64,000 bases of DNA from Escherichia coli O127:H6 str. E2348/69. GTDB taxonomy: Bacteria; Pseudomonadota; Gammaproteobacteria; Enterobacterales; Enterobacteriaceae. The notes below the pieces were generated by a model, which was given only the letters and a program-made list of their open reading frames with translations, was not told the DNA's origin and searched no databases. The stretch is taken from NCBI RefSeq assembly GCF_000026545.1, contig NC_011601.1; one strand, 5' to 3'. Below are positions 49,496 through 58,837 of this stretch, one piece after another. Positions within the stretch are counted from its first letter, which is position 1. Every line of letters begins with the position of its first letter. Made by a program: the position numbers and the translations under genes.

Positions 49496-50365
49496 ATGAG
49501 CACTTTTAAACCACTAAAAACACTCACTTCGCGCCGCCAGGTGCTGAAAGCCGGTTTGGCTGCCCTGACGTTATCAGGAATGTCGCAAGCCATCGCCAAA
49601 GACGAACCGTTAAAAACCAGTAACGGACACAGCAAGCCGAAAGCAAAAAAATCTGGTGGCAAACGTGTCGTTGTTCTCGATCCAGGCCACGGCGGGATTG
49701 ATACCGGAGCGATCGGACGCAACGGTTCGAAAGAAAAACATGTGGTGCTGGCAATTGCCAAGAATGTCCGTTCCATATTGCGTAATCATGGCATTGATGC
49801 GCGTTTAACGCGTTCTGGCGATACGTTTATCCCACTGTACGATCGCGTTGAAATCGCCCATAAACATGGCGCTGACCTGTTTATGTCAATCCACGCCGAC
49901 GGTTTTACCAACCCGAAAGCCGCAGGAGCATCGGTTTTTGCCCTCTCTAACCGCGGTGCAAGTAGCGCAATGGCAAAATACCTGTCTGAACGCGAAAACC
50001 GCGCCGATGAAGTTGCCGGTAAAAAAGCGACTGACAAGGATCACCTATTGCAGCAAGTGCTGTTTGATCTGGTGCAAACCGATACTATTAAAAACAGCCT
50101 GACGCTTGGCTCGCATATTCTGAAAAAGATTAAGCCGGTGCATAAACTGCACAGCCGCAACACCGAACAAGCCGCGTTTGTGGTGTTGAAATCGCCGTCG
50201 GTTCCGTCGGTGCTGGTGGAAACCTCGTTTATCACCAACCCGGAAGAAGAGCGGCTGTTAGGCACGGCGGCGTTTCGCCAGAAAATCGCCACAGCGATTG
50301 CCGAAGGCGTGATCAGTTATTTCCACTGGTTTGACAACCAGAAAGCACACTCGAGAAAGCGGTAA
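49496..50365 (+). CDS. amiA: N-acetylmuramoyl-L-alanine amidase AmiA (Tat-exported)
   Basis: 289-aa ORF with a twin-arginine signal (TSRRQVLKAGLAAL) and an Amidase_3 domain (LDPGHGGIDTGA). Confidence 0.93.
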   Translation: MSTFKPLKTLTSRRQVLKAGLAALTLSGMSQAIAKDEPLKTSNGHSKPKAKKSGGKRVVVLDPGHGGIDTGAIGRNGSKEKHVVLAIAKNVRSILRNHGIDARLTRSGDTFIPLYDRVEIAHKHGADLFMSIHADGFTNPKAAGASVFALSNRGASSAMAKYLSERENRADEVAGKKATDKDHLLQQVLFDLVQTDTIKNSLTLGSHILKKIKPVHKLHSRNTEQAAFVVLKSPSVPSVLVETSFITNPEEERLLGTAAFRQKIATAIAEGVISYFHWFDNQKAHSRKR

Positions 50366-51268
<903 letters not shown>

Positions 51269-51311
51269 CGGACGCGAATTGCAACTCGAAATACTACGAG
51301 AATAAATAATA

Positions 51312-51983
51312 ATGAAAACCACCCTCCCCCTCATCGCCAGCATCTCTGTTGATGAACAGAAAAACAGATTGATCGAATGCTTCCGGGAATATTGGGGCGT
51401 ACAGCAGATTAACGACCGCCATGACAACATTGCACTCCGCGTAGGCAAAGGTAAACATGGTTGCCACTTTATCTGGTCAGAAAAAAATATCGATATTCAT
51501 TATTACTGTGACCGTGAAATGTCGCCTCAGGAATGGTCAAAGATCGTGACGGTGATGACCGTCGCGCTGGATACCCCCATACCGCCCTATTATCTTGATA
51601 GAGATGAGAAAAGACATCGCACCACTTTGCGGAAAACACATCGCCGGGGAGACAATAGTATTGGATGTTTTATCTACCCCTACAAAGAAGAGGCAAATGG
51701 TGGGTGGGATTATAATGTTGAAAGTCTTTTCATTTACGAATGCGATTTCACGATACTGGCGGCAGGCATTAAGGCGTGCTATCCGCTCAATAATGGTGAA
51801 CGCGCGTTTGATTATACGAGCTGGAATGAATTTACCGTTGCTGAATGTGAGAGAATAATTTCGTCCTGGCTGGATGCAGGGCAAGAAAATGAGAGCTACA
51901 CGCCATTCATTCAATACGTGGTTGAATGGATGCAGCCCCTTATGCGGGAATATGACACGATTATGATTGAAGGTAATCTCTAA
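51312..51983 (+). CDS. Hypothetical protein (223 aa), no recognisable domain
   Basis: Uninterrupted ORF 43 bp after hemF. Cys/His/Trp/Tyr-rich, with no signal peptide or TM segment. Its stop codon overlaps the stop of the convergent helicase gene. Confidence 0.55.
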   Translation: MKTTLPLIASISVDEQKNRLIECFREYWGVQQINDRHDNIALRVGKGKHGCHFIWSEKNIDIHYYCDREMSPQEWSKIVTVMTVALDTPIPPYYLDRDEKRHRTTLRKTHRRGDNSIGCFIYPYKEEANGGWDYNVESLFIYECDFTILAAGIKACYPLNNGERAFDYTSWNEFTVAECERIISSWLDAGQENESYTPFIQYVVEWMQPLMREYDTIMIEGNL

Positions 51984-54900
51984 TCCTGGCCTGCCCTGAA
52001 CAGCTCTTCCAGTTCATCATCCGTCATCTTACCCAACCACTGCTCGCCGCTGCCGACAGTCATCTCCGCCAGCGCTTTTTTATTTCTGATCATGTCGTTG
52101 ATCCGCTCTTCAAACGTCTCACGGGTCAACAGGCGATGCACCTGCACATTACGCTGCTGGCCGATACGATAGGCGCGGTCGGTGGCCTGCGCTTCCACCG
52201 CCGGGTTCCACCATAAATCGTAATGAATCACCTGGCTGGCGGCGGTCAGATTCAGCCCCGTACCACCAGCTTTCAGCGACAGAATAAAGTGGCGTACAGA
52301 ACGGTCATTTTGAAAACGTTCGACCTGCTCATCGCGCTTTTTGCGGCTTAAGCCGCCGTGTAAAAACAGGGGTTGTTCGCCATAACGCGCGGTAAGCCAG
52401 CTTTGCAGTAGTTCGCCCATCTCTTTGAACTGGGTAAAAATCAGCACCTTTTCTGTTGTCTCTTCAATGCTGTCCAGAAGATCCAATAACAGTTGCGCCT
52501 TGCCAGAAAGCGCCGCATCCATCTGCTTATTTTTCAGATAGTGCGCCGGATGGTTACAGACCTGCTTCAACGCCATAATCATTTGCAGCACCAGCCCCTG
52601 ACGCTGGAAGGCATCAGACTCCCCACGGATCACCTGCATCCCTTCGCGCACGACGGACGCATAAATTGCCGCCTGTTTAGTTGCCAGTTCACAGAAACGG
52701 TCGGTTTCAATTTTTTCGGGCAGATCGCTGATGATGGTTTTGTCCGATTTCAGCCGACGCAGCAAAAATGGCGCGGTTATGCGGCGAAAACGTTCAGCAA
52801 CCTGTTGATTACGATCCATCTGGATCGGTTTCTCAATCTCCGAAATAAACGTTTTTAGCGGCCCCAGATAGCCACGCAGAGCAAAGTCCATAATGCTCCA
52901 GTATTCTGCAAGACGGTTTTCCACCGGCGTACCGCTTAGAGCAATAAACGCATCGGCAGGAATTGATTTTGCAGCCTTCGTCTGTGCCGAGGCCGGATTT
53001 TTTAGATTTTGTGCCTCATCCGCCGCCACCAGACGCCAGTGCTGTTTCTTTAACGTTGCGGCATCGCTACGCACCACGCCGTAAGTGGTGAGCAGGATAT
53101 CCGGCATCTCATCGGACAACGCGCGCTTGCCGCCGTGGTATATCGCCGTCGTTAACGTTGGGGCGAAACGAGCGATTTCTCGTTGCCAGTTAGTCAACAA
53201 GGTGGTCGGCATGATAATCAGCACCTTACGCTCCGCCAGCGCGCCTGTCTCTTTTTGATGCTGAATGACAGCGATAAGCTGAAGCGTTTTCCCGAGGCCC
53301 ATATCATCGGCCAGGATGCCGCCGATCCCCAGCGCCAGGTTATGCGTCAGCCAGGCAAAACCCGTTTGCTGATAGGGCCGCAGCGTGGCGTTAAGAGAAA
53401 CGGGCTGAGAGGGCATACCAACCGAGGTCAATTGCCGAAGTTGCTCACGCGCCGCGCTATCCAGCATAATCGGCGTGCCTGCGTACTCACCGGACAACGC
53501 CGTCTGCGTTAGCGCCATGCCTTTAATGTCCGGTGGATTTAACAGCTTATTGCGCAGTCGGGCGATTTCGTCAGGGTCAAGATAGATAAACTGTTCTTTG
53601 AAACGTACAATCCCTTCGGCACTGTCAATGAGCGTTTCAAATTCAGTAACCGTCAGTTGCCTGTCTCCCAACGCAATGCGCCAGTCAAAATCGAACAGAT
53701 TTCCCAGTTGAAACCCGCTGCTGCCTCCCGCGCCGGAGGATGATTTCACCTGCATGCTGAGTCTGGGGCGTAATATTTTATCCAGCGCTTTCGGCAGCAA
53801 CGCCTGAATGCCCAGCATGCGAATAACGGGCAACGCGGTAAAGAGAAAATCCGGCAACGTTTGTGCGGTGAGGCGCAGCGCCTGCCGCCCTCCGGCACGC
53901 AGATACTCACACAACGGAGGGTAGAATTCCGCCAACATCGCCAGCGTTTGCAGGACGGCCATCCGTGTATTTTCGTAGCATTTTTGCCACAGAATATCCG
54001 CCAGCATCACTGGCGCGGGCTGGTCCGTTATTTTCACCGCCAGATGCAGCGCAAAGTCTTCCCCGGCTTCATCCAGCATAATCACTGGCGGCTGCTCGCG
54101 ATGCACCAGCGTCAGGCGCGACAGCCATTGTGCGATACTGGCGGCGCTGGCGCTTTCCCGTCGCGAGTCAAATGTCACCCGCCCGGTGAGGAAAAAGAGC
54201 TTGTCATATGGCGTATCGCCTTTCTTCAGGGGAACCGACTGTACCAACCGATCAAGCATCAGCGAGCACAAGGTTATAGCCTGCCGCTTGCCGGTAAGCG
54301 CCCAATCGTTAAAAGAGATCAACCCGTCCGGCAATTGTCGGGCGACCTGTTCGAGCAAATTATCGACCGTTACATCCAGCGTAGCTGGAAGCCAGCGAAC
54401 CAGCGTCTCACTTTCACAGGAAAAAACCTGTGGCATAACTGCGCCTTTCGCCAGCAGATGAACAGCGAATTGCCAGGCCAGGTGTAAACCTGCGACGGAA
54501 GGTTGCAACATCTGCAAGCGTCGCGGGGTCAAATTTTTCAGCTCCCCCAGCAGCGTGGAGAGATCTTTAAGATGCGTAATACCCTGCACGCAACAGCGGT
54601 AATCCCCGTCAATTCTGAGCATCGGGGATTCGGTTGCTCCCAGCGCCCACTGCATCTGGCTCTCTGATTCAGGAACAATTTTTTGCAATTGCTCCCCATA
54701 ACGAACAAGGCGTGCCAGTTGTTGGCTGTAAACCTGATGAAAATCACCAAAGGGATAAAAAACCGGATTATCGGGCAACAGTCGCAACAGATCGTGGTGT
54801 AAAGCAGGGATCAGGGTAAAATCCAGCCCCTGATTCGCTTTTTCCTCATGAACAAAAGGTTGATTTGCGAATAGCGCTGACAGCGAGGGGGGAGTGATAA

Positions 54901-55429
54901 AGATCTTTTTGTCGATGTCCATTCCACGCTGGCGCAATGCGGTCGGCAAATCCAGACCATGTAGCGCAAAAACCAGAAACGGATCGCTGTCGATCTGGCG
55001 ACTGATCAGATAAATCACTGCGGCCAGATGTTTACAGGGCACGGCCCAGTCGGGGCAGTTGCAATCCATATGAAGATCTTTCCAGCTCGCGGGGAAAATC
55101 TTGATATTCGTCTCATTCGCCAGATCCAGCACCGTTGGCGAAAGTTCGCGATTTAATAACTGCGAGATAATCAGCGGATCGTTGACCAGCGCATCCAGCA
55201 GGCGTTCTTTTTCCTGCCCGGAAAACGGTGGAACGGTAATTTCAACCGTATAAATGTACGATCCCCGCACTTGCGCACGGATGTGACCGTCCTTGATATC
55301 AAGCTTTTGCACCGCCCCTTTATTCGCGTAGGTACGACCGCGCGGTAAGCGGTTGTCGGCATCAATATGCATCAGCGCGTTTAACCACTGCTGACCCCAC
55401 CAACTCAGTCCATAAGTCTGGATCGCCAT
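51980..55429 (-). CDS. SWIM zinc-finger / SNF2-family helicase (Swi2/Snf2 ATPase with bacterial SNF2-associated N-terminal region)
   Basis: 1149 aa. SWIM CxCx6CxH at aa 123-134 (HMDCNCPDWAVPCKH). SNF2 motif I ILADDMGLGKT at aa 705-715. Motif II DEAQNLKN at aa 804-811. Helicase_C motif VI QATDRAYRIGQ at aa 1081-1091 (nt 52157..52189). Confidence 0.85.
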   Translation of the reverse strand: MAIQTYGLSWWGQQWLNALMHIDADNRLPRGRTYANKGAVQKLDIKDGHIRAQVRGSYIYTVEITVPPFSGQEKERLLDALVNDPLIISQLLNRELSPTVLDLANETNIKIFPASWKDLHMDCNCPDWAVPCKHLAAVIYLISRQIDSDPFLVFALHGLDLPTALRQRGMDIDKKIFITPPSLSALFANQPFVHEEKANQGLDFTLIPALHHDLLRLLPDNPVFYPFGDFHQVYSQQLARLVRYGEQLQKIVPESESQMQWALGATESPMLRIDGDYRCCVQGITHLKDLSTLLGELKNLTPRRLQMLQPSVAGLHLAWQFAVHLLAKGAVMPQVFSCESETLVRWLPATLDVTVDNLLEQVARQLPDGLISFNDWALTGKRQAITLCSLMLDRLVQSVPLKKGDTPYDKLFFLTGRVTFDSRRESASAASIAQWLSRLTLVHREQPPVIMLDEAGEDFALHLAVKITDQPAPVMLADILWQKCYENTRMAVLQTLAMLAEFYPPLCEYLRAGGRQALRLTAQTLPDFLFTALPVIRMLGIQALLPKALDKILRPRLSMQVKSSSGAGGSSGFQLGNLFDFDWRIALGDRQLTVTEFETLIDSAEGIVRFKEQFIYLDPDEIARLRNKLLNPPDIKGMALTQTALSGEYAGTPIMLDSAAREQLRQLTSVGMPSQPVSLNATLRPYQQTGFAWLTHNLALGIGGILADDMGLGKTLQLIAVIQHQKETGALAERKVLIIMPTTLLTNWQREIARFAPTLTTAIYHGGKRALSDEMPDILLTTYGVVRSDAATLKKQHWRLVAADEAQNLKNPASAQTKAAKSIPADAFIALSGTPVENRLAEYWSIMDFALRGYLGPLKTFISEIEKPIQMDRNQQVAERFRRITAPFLLRRLKSDKTIISDLPEKIETDRFCELATKQAAIYASVVREGMQVIRGESDAFQRQGLVLQMIMALKQVCNHPAHYLKNKQMDAALSGKAQLLLDLLDSIEETTEKVLIFTQFKEMGELLQSWLTARYGEQPLFLHGGLSRKKRDEQVERFQNDRSVRHFILSLKAGGTGLNLTAASQVIHYDLWWNPAVEAQATDRAYRIGQQRNVQVHRLLTRETFEERINDMIRNKKALAEMTVGSGEQWLGKMTDDELEELFRAGQD

Positions 55430-55512
55430 ATCAGGCTAACCTCTTCAGTTTTCGGCGGGTTAAATTTATCAGATAATCTCGTGGAGCAGTATTATCCAAC
55501 GTAATCACATGC

Positions 55513-56790
55513 ATGGAGCAACCTCCAATGAGCGAACGCCTCGCCTGTAAAAACCCTGATTGCTCAAACCGTATTCTGCCACAAACCGCAGCGCGCACCG
55601 GTGGGTTTTGTATGCCCTGCATTCAGGCCCAACAGCAGCGTGAACGCGATGAATATATCAGGAAAAATAAAAAGACCGTGAATGCGTTTGCAGGGTTAAG
55701 CGATCCGGTTGCCATGCTGAAATTAGTTCACCAACCGCGAAAATTCGATGCGTTAATCGATTGGACTCCCTCCCCCATTCGCACCGATGCCCTGTATCAA
55801 CAACTGACCGCCGATCAAGCGCAGCAGATAGCTGATTACGCCACAGAACGCTTTGTATCTGGTGAATATAAGCTCGCTCAGGAGATTTGGCTTTGTCTGG
55901 CGGCATTTACCCAGGCCAATCTGGATGCGTATTTCAGAGAATGGATCTCTTACGATGATTTAGACAGTTATTCTTACATGCCTTTCCACCGCGCCCCTGT
56001 GGATGTTCGCGATACGCTGTTAGAACGGGTTGAGGTTGATGCAGACAACAGAAACTGTATTCTGCAATGTCTGGCATGGATTGGGGATGACGTTGTTGTT
56101 GAGCATTTTTCCCGCTGGCGTCTTAACCCGCCGTCGTGGCGCAGTTCACTTTACATCGCGCCAGAAGAATATGCGCATGAGGCCGGTTGGGAGCTAACCG
56201 TTGAAGGGCAAAGGCGTAATCTCTATTTTCCTCAATGTTTTCATCTGGAGATGAAAAACACCGGGTGTTGCGAAGCTTTGCGTGTTGTTGATGAACGCAG
56301 CGAAACCTGTCCAAATTGCGCATTGCCACTAACAGATCTTTTCGACGTTGACCTGAAGGCAACGGGTCTTAGCGATAACGGCAGGTTTCGCGTCGTGACT
56401 TGTGAATGTTGCACCGCCTACAGCACCATTTTTGGTTACATAGACTCACGGGGTAATGCTCATTTGTCTGCAAAAAATATCCCGCCAGCCTGGCTGCCGG
56501 ATGATGTATCTGAATGGCGTCGGTTACCTGTAAACAGCATGAGACGGGGAAACCTTCGACCACCGTTATTCGCCGCAGACCAATTTTTACCTGTCTCTTT
56601 CTCGCAACTTGGCGGGCATCCAACCTGGATTCAGGACGCGGAATATCCTCTCTGCCCGGAATGCTCCCGCTCAATGACGTTTCTTGCGCAACTGGATTAT
56701 GCCGATATTGAACAATACGGCGAAGGGATAATTTACGCGTTTATCTGCCCGGAGTGCCGGACAACAGCGACGTCTTATCAGCAATCTTAG
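55513..56790 (+). CDS. DUF1963 (YwqG-like) domain protein with three CxxC-type zinc-ribbon pairs
   Basis: 425 aa (the start could be 55513 or the ATG at 55528). The C-terminus GGHPTWIQDAEYPLCPECSRSMTFLAQL...FICPEC matches the YwqG/DUF1963 C-terminal signature as I remember it. Extra Cys pairs at aa 12-36 and 266-300. Divergent from the helicase gene. Confidence 0.6.
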   Translation: MEQPPMSERLACKNPDCSNRILPQTAARTGGFCMPCIQAQQQRERDEYIRKNKKTVNAFAGLSDPVAMLKLVHQPRKFDALIDWTPSPIRTDALYQQLTADQAQQIADYATERFVSGEYKLAQEIWLCLAAFTQANLDAYFREWISYDDLDSYSYMPFHRAPVDVRDTLLERVEVDADNRNCILQCLAWIGDDVVVEHFSRWRLNPPSWRSSLYIAPEEYAHEAGWELTVEGQRRNLYFPQCFHLEMKNTGCCEALRVVDERSETCPNCALPLTDLFDVDLKATGLSDNGRFRVVTCECCTAYSTIFGYIDSRGNAHLSAKNIPPAWLPDDVSEWRRLPVNSMRRGNLRPPLFAADQFLPVSFSQLGGHPTWIQDAEYPLCPECSRSMTFLAQLDYADIEQYGEGIIYAFICPECRTTATSYQQS

Positions 56791-56830
56791 AAATTGTTTT
56801 GCGCCAGTTTGCTCATGGGAGCATTTAAGA

Positions 56831-57148
56831 ATGTCAGACACATCACATAAAGAAAGTAAATGGCACCCTCATCTGGATATGAGTTTTCTGGGATGCGTGC
56901 TGGCATTTGCTATGGAAGTTTATTTTGAAGAACACATTTTTATTCCCCACGGTGGAGGAGCAAGTTTTGGATTGATAGCACTCATCGTTATTAATTTTAT
57001 GACTATCCCGATAGTGATCGTGGTAACAACACTATTTTGTTATTTATTTGAAATTTCGCGAAAGCGTGTAAATCGTATTTTGATATTCCTGTTGGCATGT
57101 ATTTTGACTATTATCGGTTTGTTTATCGCATATCCCGTCGGGCAATAA
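56831..57148 (+). CDS. Small integral membrane protein (105 aa, about 3 predicted TM helices), unknown function
   Basis: Strongly AT-rich ORF 40 bp after the DUF1963 gene, with ggag upstream of the ATG. Hydrophobic stretches: FLGCVLAFAMEVYF, FGLIALIVINFMTIPIVIVVTTLFCYLF, ILIFLLACILTIIGLFIAYPV. Confidence 0.55.
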   Translation: MSDTSHKESKWHPHLDMSFLGCVLAFAMEVYFEEHIFIPHGGGASFGLIALIVINFMTIPIVIVVTTLFCYLFEISRKRVNRILIFLLACILTIIGLFIAYPVGQ

Positions 57149-57226
57149 AAAAACAAAGCAACTCAATGTAATTGATAACTTCACTATTGGCCGGATTAAA
57201 CACCATCCCCATCCGGCCCCTCAACC

Positions 57227-58279
57227 TCACCCCCACTCTCTCATCCGCTGATGCAGCGTCAGTGACGGCTTCTCGGCAAACAGTTGCTGATAATCCGTGG
57301 CAAATTGCCCAAGATGCCAGAATCCCCACTGCATGGCGGCGTCTTTTACCGTTGTGCTTTGTGACCACGGACTTATGAGTTCGCGGCGCACGGCGTTCAG
57401 GCGAATACGTTTCAGCCACGCGTTCGGACCAATGCCCAAAATGGCGTGAAACGCGTTTTGTAGCGTGCGGCGGCTGACATGCAGTTGATTGCACAACTCC
57501 AACACCGTCACCGGTTCGGACATGTTTTCCAGCACATATTCACGGGCGCGGGAAAGCAATCGACGGTAACTCTGATGACTGATGCTTTCCGCCGTCATCA
57601 TCGGCTGCGCTTCTTCCAGCATCGCCCCCATCGCCATTAGCAAATTATCCCCCAGCACTTTTCGCACTGCAGGCTGATGGAGATTTTCCGGGTTCTCGCA
57701 AAACGTCGCCAGCGCCTGTTGGACAAAGCCCCACAGAGCGGCTTTATGCTGCTCTTTCACTTCCTGCGCCGACTGGCTACGCAGCATATGTAATACCCGA
57801 TCCGGATTATGCAAAAAGTTAGCCTGACGAGTGATGACATCTTCAGAAAGCACTACGCCAAGGATCGTGTAATCGTCCGGCGTACTTAATTCAAACTCGG
57901 TTCCACCAGGGCGCGTCGCAATTTCTGCGCTTCCCAGACATTGCGAACCGATAAATCCCTGCTCACCGCGCGTCGCCGGAATGCCAAACCAGAACGAGTT
58001 CGGCCAGACCAGGCACGACTGACGCAGCGCCAGACCAGTGTATTCACGAAAAACCTGAATATCATCGAGTAGAATTTCCGTAAATTCACCATGAAACTTG
58101 CCCGGATGCAGCAGATCGTAAATCTGCTGCCAGGCGGTAATTGTCAAAGCATGTTCATAGACGTCCGTTGTCTGTCGTTGATGAACATTATCCACTTCGA
58201 CCTTCGGCGTGAACTTCAGGTTTTCGGGTAAGGGTTCATGATAAAGATGGTGCAAATTGGCTGTACGGGTCTTTTTCAT
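57227..58279 (-). CDS. eutR: AraC-family ethanolamine operon activator EutR
   Basis: 350-aa ORF with a C-terminal AraC HTH ([37 protein letters not shown]). Confidence 0.93.
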   Translation of the reverse strand: MKKTRTANLHHLYHEPLPENLKFTPKVEVDNVHQRQTTDVYEHALTITAWQQIYDLLHPGKFHGEFTEILLDDIQVFREYTGLALRQSCLVWPNSFWFGIPATRGEQGFIGSQCLGSAEIATRPGGTEFELSTPDDYTILGVVLSEDVITRQANFLHNPDRVLHMLRSQSAQEVKEQHKAALWGFVQQALATFCENPENLHQPAVRKVLGDNLLMAMGAMLEEAQPMMTAESISHQSYRRLLSRAREYVLENMSEPVTVLELCNQLHVSRRTLQNAFHAILGIGPNAWLKRIRLNAVRRELISPWSQSTTVKDAAMQWGFWHLGQFATDYQQLFAEKPSLTLHQRMREWG

Positions 58280-58324
58280 GATGTTAATGCCGGGTGTTGT
58301 AGGACACCCGGCACCTCCGACAGG

Positions 58325-58831
58325 TTAATGGGGCTTGAGACGGTAACGACTACTGCGTTTACGTAACGTCCCGGCAGAAAAGAGCTGTTCGAGCGCATTT
58401 CTGGCTTTTTCCAGCGGCCAGCCAAAGTGGGCAGCCACTTCTCCTGCCGTCATTCCCTGACGTACTGATGTTAACAGCGCCAACAACTCGTCAGCAGATT
58501 CCGCGACGATAACTGGCGCGTCGGGTTCCTTTACGGGTTGCTTCGGCTGGCGGTTAAAGCCAGTAACCAGCCACTGGGTGTCATCGTCTGGCCGACCGAT
58601 CTCCTTACGGCTGATGACACGCCCGGTACGCATCGCGGCAGCACAACCTGCGTCCAGCGCCGCACGACACGCCGCCAGATCGCCTTCCACCACCAGCGTT
58701 AGGCGACCAGGGTCAAGCACTTCGTGACTGAGCAGACGAACGTTAGCTGCTTTGAGCATGGCATCAGCTGCATCTATCGCGGCGACCATGCCGTCCACTT
58801 CCAGCAATCCCAGTGCATTGATCATCGGCAA
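58325..58831 (-). CDS. eutK: Ethanolamine microcompartment shell protein EutK (BMC domain plus C-terminal nucleic-acid-binding-like domain)
   Basis: 168-aa ORF with an N-terminal BMC fold sequence (ALGLLEVDGMVAAIDAADAMLKAANV). Confidence 0.9.
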   Translation of the reverse strand: MPMINALGLLEVDGMVAAIDAADAMLKAANVRLLSHEVLDPGRLTLVVEGDLAACRAALDAGCAAAMRTGRVISRKEIGRPDDDTQWLVTGFNRQPKQPVKEPDAPVIVAESADELLALLTSVRQGMTAGEVAAHFGWPLEKARNALEQLFSAGTLRKRSSRYRLKPH

Positions 58832-58837
58832 CCTCCG

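Larger units (their letters stand above)
51269..57226. other. Accessory gene island inserted between hemF and eutR (four ORFs of non-housekeeping character)
   Basis: By my recollection of K-12, hemF is followed directly by eutR. Here four ORFs with no K-12 counterpart at this locus intervene. The two outermost ORFs look visibly more AT-rich than the flanking core genes. Confidence 0.7.

Noticed and set aside
51283-51294. Short imperfect direct repeat (gcaactcgaaat at about 51283 versus gcaactcaatgt at about 57162) near both edges of the hemF-eutR island, as possible att or target-duplication sites
   Set aside because: Only about 7 contiguous matching bases, which is within chance expectation for AT-rich flanks. 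No integrase, transposase or inverted repeats are present in the island.
55431-55622. 63-aa ORF on the - strand in the helicase/DUF1963 divergent region
   Set aside because: It overlaps the 5' end of the DUF1963 gene antisense and the promoter region. It has no start context and an Arg-rich shadow-frame composition.
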